Assembly (NCBI GenBank): GCA_905178155.1 | Contig: CAJINV010000022.1 | Coordinates: 434,001 to 498,000 of the forward strand | From: Amoebophrya sp. A120 | Lineage: Eukaryota; Protista; Dinoflagellata | Length of the DNA: 64,000 nucleotides | Reading direction: 5' to 3' | Shown: piece after piece, positions 24,001-32,600 of the stretch | Layout of the letters: every line of letters begins with the position of its first letter | How positions within the stretch are numbered: position 1 is the stretch's first letter | Program-made: the position numbers and the translations under genes | The notes under the pieces: model-generated | The model's database searches: none | The model's input: only the letters and a program-made list of their open reading frames with translations | Told to the model about the DNA's origin: nothing

Positions 24001-25169
24001 GTGTCTGGGTCTGGAAGGATGCGAGCTTGTGATGCGCATTTCACAACGCAGACAAATCACTCATGCATGGGCAGCAAAAGGCGCCCATTTCCTGTCACCA
24101 AAATGGGGGATTTGTCATGCGGATTAAGCAATGCGGAAACTTCTCGAAATCTGTGATGCTAGGGCTTCCATGACAGACATTTTGTGTCATGCAAAAACAG
24201 CATGACACTTCCAGACCCAGACATTTTTGCATTTGATACTGCGGATTCCATGAAGCAGGGAAGCTGGCCGAAGAACTGGTGCTCCTCTGTTAAGCTGGCT
24301 TGTGCTTGATGCATGTTGCTAGTTCGCACTTCGTCAAAATTAAAGTGGGCGGCGTCGCGATGCGCTTGTGAAGCGCTTGCGTCGTTCTCGTCCTCTTCGG
24401 CAGTATCTTGCTGCTGTTGGCCCCTGCCCGGGGGCTTTGGCTTTGGTTTTGCCTTTTCGGATTTTCTCCTTTTCTCCTCCTCTTCTGCCTGCCGTTCGGA
24501 TTGTTATCAATTGCAAAAGTGTCTGGGTCTCGAAGATAATTGCAAGGTTTGTCATGCATATTATACATGCCCCATGATGCATGTAATGCATAGCCTAGCA
24601 TCACAGATATTTGCAGGGCTTCCTGATCCATATTCCGCATGAGACATGCCCTCTCCGCGTAGCACAAACCACCGAACTCCTCTTGCTGGGCACGCAATAC
24701 AGATTTTTATAGAATCCGAAGACAGCATCACAAGCTGCAGTAGATATTTGCATTTGATAATTGTGGCGTCGCGTCGATTTCTTCCAGATGGTTCAAGATT
24801 TCCCCCTATGCACTGCAAAAGTATCGCACTCGTATAAAATGCATTACAAATTGCCTTAGTGTTACAAATCACAATTTGTAATGCGGATTTACTTTAAGAA
24901 AAAGATTTGTAATGCATGACTGCAATTCCTACGAGTAAGATGCTTTTGCAGTTCATACCCCTATGGGAATGGGCTCCTTGCCGCTCTTCTCGAAGACCTT
25001 GTCAATCTTTGCCTTCGTGCTTGTCAGGTGCAAGGACAACGGGGACGGCAGCCAGACGAAGTGCACTTTTCCTTGCACGTACTTCTTCCAAAATTCGAAA
25101 AAGAAAATGTCCAGCGTTTTGTGAGTGTGCGGCACCCTGTAGTCCTCTTTGTGCACCTGCAGGGACTCG
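1..25169 (-). CDS. Very large multi-exon gene, unknown function (~51 exons, ~50 introner introns); 5' end not identified, 3' end beyond the window start
   Basis: Removing each TAT..ATA element plus one DR joins open minus-strand frames at the junctions checked, e.g. KEPIPIG|EILNHLEEIDATPQ|SERQAEEEEK, KAE|LAKQQEATIANLLR|NANVNPHP, MFPNPAF|RIGRDIEMSV. Larger exons: ~3050-3525, 5576-5844, 7233-7940, 8941-9402, 24958-25169. Could be more than one gene. Confidence 0.7.
384..757. mobile_element. Introner family I (degenerate left end)
   Basis: Right end GGGGGCATTTTTCATTGTAATA matches the copy at 23063-23390; left boundary approximate. Confidence 0.55.
866..1195. mobile_element. Introner family A, degenerate
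   Basis: TATGCATTGGTTGCAAAT...TTCCAGAC..ATTTGCAGATCCATA; DR atctc/acttc. Confidence 0.6.
1238..1490. mobile_element. Introner family A
   Basis: TIR TAT..TGCAAAAATGTCTGGGTCTGGAA / TTCCAGACCCAGACATTTTTGCATTTGATA. Confidence 0.85.
1553..1814. mobile_element. Introner family A
   Basis: TIR TATCAAATGCAAAA; DR CGCCC. Confidence 0.9.
1880..2145. mobile_element. Introner family L
   Basis: TAT..GCTCAGCTGTTACA / TGTAACGTTTGAGCAGGTCATA; DR GGTGA. Confidence 0.8.
2231..2498. mobile_element. Introner family A
   Basis: TATGCATTGGAAATATGTCTGGG...ATATTTGCAATGCATA; DR gatgt/ggtgt. Confidence 0.8.
2634..2790. mobile_element. Introner family B
   Basis: TIR TATGCACTGCAAAAGTATC..GTACTCGT; DR TCCCT. Confidence 0.9.
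2881..3049. mobile_element. Introner family J
   Basis: TATGCAATACAAATTTCCCGTACA...TGTACGGGAAAAAATTTGCTGTGGATA; DR tgggc/agggc. Confidence 0.8.
3526..3840. mobile_element. Introner family A
   Basis: TIR TATGCATTGCAAA; DR TCGTA. Confidence 0.85.
4025..4306. mobile_element. Introner family D
   Basis: TIR TAT(T/C)CTGAGTAAAA.CGTCCCCACACC. Confidence 0.85.
4356..4621. mobile_element. Introner family A
   Basis: Family A TIR; DR GAGCG. Confidence 0.9.
4735..4977. mobile_element. Introner family E
   Basis: TIR TATGAGAGTGCACAA..CCCCCT; DR GCTCG. Confidence 0.9.
5088..5237. mobile_element. Introner family B
   Basis: TATGAACTGCAAAAG...CGAGTACGATACTTTTGCAGTGGATA; DR tctgc/tccgc. Confidence 0.85.
5314..5575. 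mobile_element. Introner family A
   Basis: ~30-bp TIR; DR TGAGC. Confidence 0.9.
5845..6005. mobile_element. Introner, family C-related
   Basis: TIR TATCACA.GAAAAAGTGTTAA.GTTAAC; DR TTTTT. Confidence 0.85.
6046..6196. mobile_element. Introner family J (opposite orientation to 2881-3049)
   Basis: TATCCACAGTAAATTT...AAATTTGTATTGCATA; DR GCTAC. Confidence 0.85.
6314..6473. mobile_element. Introner family B
   Basis: DR TCTTG; TACGAGTACGATACTTT near the right end. Confidence 0.85.
6585..6857. mobile_element. Introner family H
   Basis: TIR TATGAAAGCCTCA..GGAAATCCTCAA; DR TCCAG. Confidence 0.9.
6926..7232. mobile_element. Introner family D, degenerate
   Basis: Internal similarity to other D copies; DR GCAGG. 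Confidence 0.75.
7941..8096. mobile_element. Introner family B
   Basis: DR CTGCA. Confidence 0.85.
8278..8431. mobile_element. Introner family B
   Basis: TATCCTGTGCAAAAGTATC..; DR ACCAC. Confidence 0.9.
8535..8651. mobile_element. Introner family K (short)
   Basis: TIR TATCCA.GAAAAA..ACACCCATCCC; DR tgctc/tgctt. Confidence 0.8.
8724..8940. mobile_element. Introner family E
   Basis: TATGAGAGTGCACAACTC; DR gcact/gtact. Confidence 0.85.
9403..9638. mobile_element. Introner, family C-related
   Basis: TATCGCA.GAAAAAA..TTTCGCTG TIR; DR CACGA. Confidence 0.85.
9687..9903. mobile_element. Introner family C
   Basis: TIR TATC.C.AGAAAAAAGTGTTACAGTTACACATT; DR ACGTT. Confidence 0.92.
9946..10095. 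mobile_element. Introner family B
   Basis: Internally very similar to 2634-2790. Confidence 0.85.
10146..10366. mobile_element. Introner family C
   Basis: Close copy of 9687-9903; DR cgatg/cgacg. Confidence 0.9.
10502..10730. mobile_element. Introner family E
   Basis: DR gttcg/gttgg. Confidence 0.85.
10777..11055. mobile_element. Introner family D
   Basis: TIR TATCCTGAGTAAAAA; DR TTGCG. Confidence 0.9.
11100..11287. mobile_element. Introner family J
   Basis: DR tgtgg/cgtgg; similar to 2881-3049. Confidence 0.8.
11406..11659. mobile_element. Introner family A
   Basis: ~30-bp TIR; DR ttatc/ttatt. Confidence 0.9.
11727..11943. mobile_element. Introner family E
   Basis: TIR TATGA.AGTGCACAACTCCCCCT.CCCCTCA; DR gttat/gtcat. 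Confidence 0.9.
12003..12280. mobile_element. Introner family A
   Basis: DR GGAGT. Confidence 0.88.
12326..12631. mobile_element. Introner family G
   Basis: TIR TATGG..GTGT.AGGAT.GAAATCGACAAA; DR ccatg/ccttg. Confidence 0.85.
12691..13710. mobile_element. Introner family B expanded to 1.0 kb by a nested insertion
   Basis: Left B part 12691-12810, right B TIR 13679-13710; DR CTTGT on both sides. Confidence 0.88.
12811..13678 (+). mobile_element. Non-autonomous Helitron/Helentron-like element with internal tandem repeats
   Basis: Starts ACTAC after TT. Ends in hairpin CAGCC..GCTCCGGC-GGCA-GCCGGAGC..GGCTG (13642-13677) then G|TT. Internal AGAGG repeats and a CCACCCTCTCGCG array (~13320-13445). 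Confidence 0.6.
13777..13992. mobile_element. Introner family C
   Basis: DR TCACA. Confidence 0.85.
14028..14143. mobile_element. Introner family K
   Basis: DR GGATG. Confidence 0.85.
14189..14481. mobile_element. Introner family D
   Basis: DR gtgaa/gtgga. Confidence 0.85.
15230..18530. repeat. Degenerate tandem array of ~40-50 bp palindromic units
   Basis: Unit consensus GGAAAGTGATGGCCAGGGAGCTCTTGGCCATCACTTTTGCCCGACC; dozens of copies. Confidence 0.9.
15970..16410. repeat. Four ~55-bp near-perfect palindromes embedded in the satellite
   Basis: e.g. CTGTTGTCGTCGGGATACTGTCGCGAAGGGCTTCGCGACAGTATCCTGACGACAACAG (~16215-16272). Confidence 0.85.
19056..19306. mobile_element. Introner family A
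   Basis: TIR TATCAAATGCAAAAATGTCTGGGTCT. Confidence 0.9.
19401..19724. mobile_element. Introner family F
   Basis: TIR ..AAAGGAAAAATCCCCCCTCCCCATAT; DR TGGTG. Confidence 0.88.
19874..20091. mobile_element. Introner family C
   Basis: DR tggtc/tggcc. Confidence 0.88.
20140..20421. mobile_element. Introner family A
   Basis: DR CGACC. Confidence 0.82.
20457..20736. mobile_element. Introner family D
   Basis: DR TGTAG. Confidence 0.9.
21165..22525. repeat. ~14 tandem copies of a ~95-bp hairpin-containing unit
   Basis: Unit core CCTAGGCCATGACGCGGGGAC-CGA-GTCCCCGCGCTGGCCTAGG. Confidence 0.92.
22570..22875. repeat. Short tandem repeats (GTCCGAAAGTCTGCCCGGGGTGT and GGGGTGTGTCT types)
   Basis: Directly visible. 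Confidence 0.85.
23063..23390. mobile_element. Introner family I
   Basis: TIR TATTACAATGAAAAATGC; DR CCAGC. Confidence 0.9.
23612..23921. mobile_element. Introner family F
   Basis: TIR TATCAAA.GGAAAAATCC.CCTCCCCATATC; DR GCTCG. Confidence 0.92.
23987..24238. mobile_element. Introner family A
   Basis: Family A TIR; DR degenerate. Confidence 0.85.
24505..24759. mobile_element. Introner family A
   Basis: DR ATTGT. Confidence 0.85.
24807..24957. mobile_element. Introner family B
   Basis: DR ccccc/cccct. Confidence 0.88.
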
Positions 25170-25350
25170 TATCCAAGAAAAAAACTGTGTTAGTGTAAGT
25201 CTCTTGGGAAAACAGCATCACAAGTTTGTCTGCAATGACAGGAAAAACTTCTTATGCGCAGATAGGAAGGGAAAACACATAGGAAGCCAGCCGATCATGC
25301 ATGTCAAGCATGACAAGTGTAACTGTTTTGCATTTTCTGCATCACAGATT
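25170..25350. mobile_element. Family C-like introner, left part only
   Basis: TATCCAAGAAAAAAA.. with degenerate C internal sequence; no matching right TIR or DR seen. Confidence 0.45.
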
Positions 25351-25547
25351 TACTCCCGCAGAGGGAGCGAAAGAGCACGGCCCGAGCAATTTAGAAGATC
25401 ACAAATAGTAAATTTTTAGTCGGTTCAAAAAATGAAGTAGCTTGGTCGGTTTTGAAGTTGAGACACGCAAGCGCTCCCCGGGTAGACCGAGGCGATGGCG
25501 TTGGTGACGGCCTAGCGCCCTCGCTGTCATCGTTCTCCTAAAAATCT

Positions 25548-25574
25548 AAAAAAAAAAAAAAAAAAAAAAAAAAA
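25548..25574 (+). repeat. Poly(A)27 tract
   Basis: Directly visible; followed by CCCCGGGGG. Confidence 0.9.
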
Positions 25575-26074
25575 CCCCGGGGGCGTTTGCGCAACTTGAT
25601 CCCAATAAAGCACAAAAAGAACGAGAAGCAAAATCGGTCGAGCGCGATCAGAGACAAGAAAAAGAAGGCAAGCGAGTCGGTTCCTTCGTTCAGAATTCCA
25701 AAGCTCGTGCAAGATTCGGAAAAAATTAACCGCGTGCAATGAAATAGATTGCGAGTCGTTCCAAATTCGTTCGGACTAAATCAACAAAAGCCCCGAGGGG
25801 GTAGCGACTTCGGTAACGTTCGAAATTGATCGACTGATGCGATTAACGTTCAAAATTGATTACAGCCTAGGGGGATCGTGTTTGAAAATGTGCAGCAATA
25901 TGTTGAAAGCAAGCAAACGGGACAGATCTACAGCGGATCGCATTGACCAAATGGATCAGAAATAGGACCGAAAAGATGAGTGCCACCATAGAAGTGAAGT
26001 GATTTGAATGATTTAGGAAGAAGACGGCAGGGAATTTGCGACCATTGAAGGAAAAAGTTACGAGGTGTGACAAA

Positions 26075-26698
26075 ATGGGTAAAAGTGATTATCCGCTAGG
26101 GTGGCAGCGTAGCGAAGCGCACCGCTATAAATTACCGCACGAGGGATGGAGCAAACAAACTACAAAGCGCAAATATGAGCGCAAGAGTCGAGCAGAAGTA
26201 GTGGCGGAGAGAGCAAAGAAAAAGGAAGACGAAGCGCGACGAGAGGAGCGGCGCGCCGCAAGGGCAGAGCATTGGAGGCAGTGGTGGGCGTCATTCAATG
26301 TTCCCCGGACGCCAGAGGAAGAGCGACAGCGAGAAAAAGCGCTGGACGCTTCAGAGGCGCAGCATTACGCACAAGTTTTGGAAAAAGCTAGCTGGCAAAT
26401 TGAGGGAGAATATTGCGGAGAAGGAGGCACCTTCGCCATGTTCACAGGCTGCACCACTCACGGCGACTATGCCGGTGACAAGCTTTTCACCGCGTACCTG
26501 AATCGGAGAAAAAGCGCAACGCTGCGCGACAGTTTCTTGGATGGGAAAACGTATCGCATCACACTGAAAAAGCTCAGAGGCGAAAAGAGGAACCGCTGGA
26601 CTGATTTTTTGTATAAGGCGCGAAAGGTTGAATTGTTGGAAGACGTGCACAAACGTGAACAGGAAAAGGGAGAAAACGAGAGAAATGCACAGTCATAA
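26075..26698 (+). CDS. Hypothetical basic/charged protein (intronless)
   Basis: 207-codon ORF MGKSDYPLGWQR..., purine-rich and protein-like; no recognisable domain. Confidence 0.5.
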   Translation: MGKSDYPLGWQRSEAHRYKLPHEGWSKQTTKRKYERKSRAEVVAERAKKKEDEARREERRAARAEHWRQWWASFNVPRTPEEERQREKALDASEAQHYAQVLEKASWQIEGEYCGEGGTFAMFTGCTTHGDYAGDKLFTAYLNRRKSATLRDSFLDGKTYRITLKKLRGEKRNRWTDFLYKARKVELLEDVHKREQEKGENERNAQS

Positions 26699-27636
26699 GC
26701 TGCGAACTCGGCAGATTAGTAGTCAGTGAACCGGGCAGATTAGTTCGCAACTTTCACAAATGCGCCGTGAGTGGGTTTTAGAATGAGAGGGCGCTGGTGT
26801 TCTGTTCCAATTGATAGACACAGAGAAACTAGAACGAAATCGGAAAGAAAAGCAAAAGATCGAGAAAAAACGAAAAGCACAACAAAGTTCAAAAGCGAAA
26901 AAGATCAAACGCCACAAAGCAAAGGGGATCAGAAGCGGCAAAAATTAAGAGAACGGGTCGCGGATTTTGCCTGTTGGCGCGGCAACGAACGTTCAAAATC
27001 GCCAAGGTTCGAAATTGGTTGAAATGCGAAACGAGCAAAATCGCAAATGTTCAAGATCGCAAGTCTCCGCCTAAGTATGTGCGTGACGTAGAAGCGCTGC
27101 TAAATTGAAGCAGAGGGCTGGTTACGCTGCAAATGATCGAGGTCGAAAATTTGGCACCGGGATCGGAGAGCAGTCCTCTTGTGGAAATCAATGAGCGATA
27201 TAAGAGAAATTGCCGGAAAGATCAAAGCGAAAAAGCGACGTCGGGACGTGAATGACTTGCAGGATCGACGTAAGGATCCGCCAAAGAGGCAAACGCGTGA
27301 GGAAAATGCGGCAGAGGTCCGTAATTCTAAGGGTGCGGCTTTTCTCTATATTTGTGCGGCAACTATTGAGCAGGGGAAAAGTGTTCGCGCTTACGCAAAA
27401 AGTAAGTCAACCAACGAAAGCAAAGATGTCTGAGCCGTGGCACACATTCGGGACGGAGCCGCTGCCTCGCGGGGAGCGGGTGACTCTGCGGTGTAAGTAT
27501 TTTATCACATACAAAAAAGCTGGCGGGGCATATTTGCGCGGTTGGTAAAGAGAACCATAGAAGGACAGAGGTCAGAGCTAAAGACGGAGTGGCATGGTTT
27601 TAGGCGCAGAGCATACATAACGAGGAGCGAACTAGA

Positions 27637-27984
27637 GTGAGCGTGGGCATTGATTCGCGCAAGACAAACGCGCGCTGCCGGCCGCTTTTTTGTGTGATAG
27701 AACTTGAGTCGGTGCGCCTTTTCCGTCGAACGCATCAGGAGATCGTGGAGGAGATGGCGACTGAGATAATGGCCTCCTGTAACCCGGCTCGGTCTTACGT
27801 GGAGGCGCGTTTACGGGTTGAAGCCATGTTGTGCGCTGCCTTTGCCGCTGATACACCGTCGACGCCAACGGCAAGCGATGCATCGGATGACTATGGTGAA
27901 GAGTCGGAGTCTGATTCTGAACTGGCAGAAGCCAATCGCGATGAGTGCCGGCGCCGGTTTAAGGGGATGGAGTGTGTTGATTAG
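27637..27984 (+). CDS. Hypothetical protein with acidic C-terminus
   Basis: ORF containing DASDDYGEESESDSE; start uncertain. Confidence 0.3.
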   Translation: MSVGIDSRKTNARCRPLFCVIELESVRLFRRTHQEIVEEMATEIMASCNPARSYVEARLRVEAMLCAAFAADTPSTPTASDASDDYGEESESDSELAEANRDECRRRFKGMECVD

Positions 27985-28694
27985 GTACCACATGCGAAAA
28001 GAAATGAAGAAAGAGGATCCAACTTTGCGTAAATAGAACACGCTGCGAGACAGTTTGCTGAGTTGACAGAAGTTGCGAGCGCGCGGAAAAAAGTCAGAGA
28101 GAGGCTGTCGAGGTTGTTGAAGCGCGCGCTACTTAGTAGATAGTTGCACGCTCAGGGTGTTCGATTGATAAAGAATTTGCGTCGGTGAAATTGTGAAGAG
28201 GAACATTATTCGGAGACTAAAAACAGCGCGCGCGTGCGAGAGTTGAGCAATGTCGATGTAAAATTTGCGAGATCGCAAGACGATAAGAACTGCAGGCAGC
28301 TGCAGAACATGGGGAATGATCTTGAAAATGAGAGCAACACGAAAAAGAGAGTCGGTTGATGGATTTGACATGTGGCAGACAAGTGAAGTAAAGAAATAAC
28401 GAACGCGATCAGGAAAAGAGTTTAGGCATGTATGAAGAAGCGAACGAATTGACGGAAATGAGCTCAAGCGACAAGATTGAATCTGTTGGATGATCCGCTG
28501 TAGTATGTTTGCTTCGGCATTTGTAAAGGTAGTTGGGTATGGATATAATGAAAGTTATGCTATATATTTTTATGTTGTTTCGCAATTTCAGGTCCCCCAG
28601 GTCGTTAGTGTAATACTAGGACCCCCGCTAATTCGTAACATAGTCGCGAACCAACGTTACGCATTTTTTAGAGTTTTGGCATAGTTAGCACACC

Positions 28695-28698
<4 letters not shown>

Positions 28699-28734
<36 letters not shown>
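28699..28734. repeat. (CA)18 microsatellite
   Basis: Directly visible. Confidence 0.95.
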
Positions 28735-28738
<4 letters not shown>

Positions 28739-29400
28739 CAAGCACGCGCACACAGGGACACGGTATGGCTTTAGCGTTTTGCTTTGTTTGGTTCATTCAA
28801 TTTTGTGACTTTTTCGCTGATTTGTAGAATAGGACCGCTGTGGTTGATGCCATTGAAAATGTATCGTCTTTGTAAATAACAGAACCAACCGGGAAGAAGG
28901 ACGCAAACACCACCGGCAAGGGTTGTACGCACACACACACACAGGCACGCGCACACAGGGACACGGTATAGCTATTCCTTTTTTTTGTTTGATTTATTTG
29001 ATGCGGTTGCGGTGATTTTTCAGGTGATTTGCAGAGTTAGGCTGTGTTTGGTTGATGTTGGATTTTCGCGTAGTAGTTGGCTGGTATTGTAAATGTATCC
29101 TTTTTCGTAAATAACAGAACCGACCGGGAAAATGGACGCAGACACCACCGGCGAGAGTTGCGCTCACACAAACACAAGCACGCGCACACAGGGACGCGGT
29201 ATACTTATAGTCTTTTGCTTTGTTTGGTTCATTCGGTTGCGCTGATTGTTGAGGTGATTCGGAGAGTTAAGGCGTGTCGGTCGATTTTGGATTTTTTAAA
29301 GTACTAGTTGTGTCCGATTGTAAGCGTTTTCCTTATTGTAAATAACAGAACCGAGAACCGGGAAAATGGACGCAAGCAATACCGACAAGAGTTGCAAGGA
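28735..29400. repeat. Three diverged tandem copies of a ~200-235 bp unit
   Basis: GCACGCGCACACAGGGAC.CGGTAT and GTAAATAACAGAACC each occur three times. Confidence 0.85.
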
Positions 29401-29658
29401 GCAACTTCGTAGGAAAGGCGATCTTTTCTGGGTCTAGCAATTAGCTTGAGGCTAAGTCTTTGCAGTGCGGCGCTAGTTTGCGGATCGCTTTGCGTAATGG
29501 CATGAAGCGCAGAAGAAATTAACTGCGGCTTGCGTTGTATATTGATGATTTATCGCCGACAAGATGCATGACTATACATTTTCTAGCGCGCTTGCATACA
29601 TACAGGAAGCAGGCATGCAAAACTTGCACGAAGACTTGAGCAATTTTTAAGACCCAGA

Positions 29659-32600
29659 ATGTTTAGCGGTATAGTTTTCGCCAAGCTACCGCCTGAAACT
29701 GTTCCAAGTTCGCCCGCGGGAGCGGTCATGGCGACGCTAATCAAAACGGAGTTCGGGTATGCCATTTTGGAGCGTCACGATTTTGGGCCGATGTTGTTCG
29801 ATATTCCACAGAAAAAGACCGACAGGTCAAATCTGTAATGCAAAAATAAAGAGACCGGAAAAATTGGCATGGGTGAGGCCATAGCATCTTGTTTAGGGCA
29901 TGCAGTGCAGATTTATTTGTCTAATTATTCTTGCATTACAGAGATGGCCCGTTGGGTTTTTTCTGGGGGATACTTGATGGCGTGGAGTTTGCGGCGTATT
30001 GGGACAGCAAGGAGATCCGATTGTCGTGCTCGGTTGCTGAAGACAAAGGGGTCTACGTCCAAGTTGAGGGGACTTCGTCCGGAAATCGTGGGAAACGTTT
30101 AAGCGGCGGGCGTTTTCCCGATAGCATGCGTGTTGCTATAGTGGGCAACTATGTTGGTGATTCGTATGCAAGCTTGCGGGAGTCTGTTGAAAAACTGAGC
30201 GAACGTGCGGCGCGATTGTTTGTGGACGATGCTTCTCTTTTGGGAAGCGAGCTAATCTGTCAAACGGGGTACGTATCGCGTTGAAAAAAACCATGACTAT
30301 CACAAATGGCAACTTTTCCGCGAAGTTTTCAAATCCGGAAAGTCGGACACTTTGGGGAAAAAACACTATCACAGAGCAACGATTTTCGCTAAAAGGTGGC
30401 AAATTGTGGTAGTGATAGTCTTTTTCAGCGCGATAGTACGCAGGATCTGGGAAAACATATGAGCAGATCAGATGGATGACGCAAGCCTGTCCGACAAACA
30501 GAGTCATTTTTTGTGCTCCGTCGAACTCTTTGTGTAACGAAGTGGCGGCCCGGATTTCTGAAGCCGATGGAACTTTTCGGGTGTGGCGTGTGGTTGGTCG
30601 AAGTGAAGCGCTAGCGCAGGCGCGAGCGGTATCAAGAGCAAAAGCGCGTGGGTCTGGAAGATTTTGACACTCGTCAGGCACGTTTTGCATGAGCTCTGAG
30701 GTTTTCGATGAATGTTGTAGCATCACAGACCTTGGGAGAGCTTCTTGATGCCCATTCCGCATGACAAATGTTCTCTTCGCGTAGGAAAAATTTTGGTCCT
30801 TCTGGTATTCATGCAATACAGATATCTTTGCAATGCAAATGCAGCATTACAGATTGCACTTTTCCAGACTTAGACACTTTTGCAATTGATAAGCGGACAC
30901 GAAGTCTACCACATACGAAGTTATGCAATTGGGCCGGGACGATCAAGATGGTGACGCATCTGATGACTTCCTTCGGGCGAGCTTTTTCGACTACACCGAC
31001 ACCAAGCAAGCAATTGAATGCGTCCCGGAAGTGTTAGAGTATCCCGGGCCAAATAAACTTTCCCGCGCTAGATCTAAGCGAGAGACTTTGCATCACAAGA
31101 GACGAAATGAAACAGGTCGCCTATAGTACGCGTCGCAAGTGGTAGAATGTAATGTAGTGCAGATTCGTTGGGCGAGTTGTCTCAGAAGCAAATCCATTGG
31201 CTAAGTCTGGCGACAGCACTGCAAAGAACTTTGAAACACGACCAGGACTGTTGTCGCTGGCGTTGCCATTGTAGTGAGAATGAACCGCGTGACGGTTCTG
31301 GTGTGGGAACGTTTTTCCAAAGGATACGAGGCGTTTGTGGGTGAGCGCCGGGCAGCCGGCTTGGGATCACAATGCGACGACGTGTCTAGCGGACGAGTGG
31401 TGGCTGCTTGTATCAAATGCAAAGGCGTCGGGGTGTGGAAATAGGTGCGCACTTGTGAAATTTGTCATGCGCGGCTTTTCATGGTTTTCGGTGTTTGTCA
31501 TGCGTGCGGTGGCGTTGCAGTGTGTACTGGGCATGACGCATATTGAAAAGCGTTGCAGGGTGATACGCGTGGCAAATTTGTGCGAGATCCAGACGCAGCA
31601 GCACAAGTCACAAGTGCTGTCGTTGTTTCCAGACCCCGACGGATTTTGGCACTTCATATTTTTCCGTGCGGGACCAGATGCGTATCGTTAGCGTATGCGT
31701 GACGTAAGCAGTGCAAAAGTTTCCGCACGAGTACGAATAGCATTACAAATTCGCAAAACGCTAGAAACTGAATGCAAGAATTGGATTTGCTTTGACAAAA
31801 GGAAAAAGGAAGCGGAAGGCATGAATGCCATAAGTACTGGCGCGATACTTTTTCACAGGATATCAGCGGCGAAGACCAGAGACCCAAGCTACGTATTCGG
31901 AGTTACGTTATCAAGTGCAAAATGTTGGGAGTGGGCAAGATGTTGGGACTTGTCCTGTGTGTTTTGTGGTAGTTGCTATGTTTCTGATGCATGCCATAGC
32001 AGTGCGGGTGCCTTGAGGGTTTCGCGATGTTCATAACGCAAGGCACATGCTGAATCTTCGCGCGGAAGCAGTTGGGTTTGTGTCGCTGCTTAGGCATAGC
32101 TGTTGCATTTTGGAATCCAAAATCAGTAAAGCAAGTCGCAACCGAGTAACTTCTGACATTTTTACACTTGAAAACCTGCGAACCAGAACAACTACCCGCC
32201 GTCGAGAGCATTTCTGGCGTAAGTGATCTATCACTTGCGGTGCGGTTGGAAAAGCTCGGCGCGAGAAAAGGGCCTATCAACTGCAAAAATGTCGGGGCCC
32301 GGAAGGTTGTGAGTTTTGTCATGGACGTGGTGAATGAAGCTTGAGGCGTGCGATGCATGGCCTAGCAAGCGCTACAGATTTGATGAAGATCTTTGCAGGC
32401 TTCTATCGGATAGTAAGCGCCGTACTAAAAAGGCGCGCCTTCGTTCATGCTCATGCAGTGCAGAGCTTCGCTAGAATCGAAGGGCAGTGGCATAGTTTTA
32501 GACTTTTCCAGACCCAGACGCTTTGCAATTCGATAAAATTCAAAGCGGCAGGCTTGAGTCATTTAGCGACGGAGTTCAGGAACATCATGCAGGAAAAACT

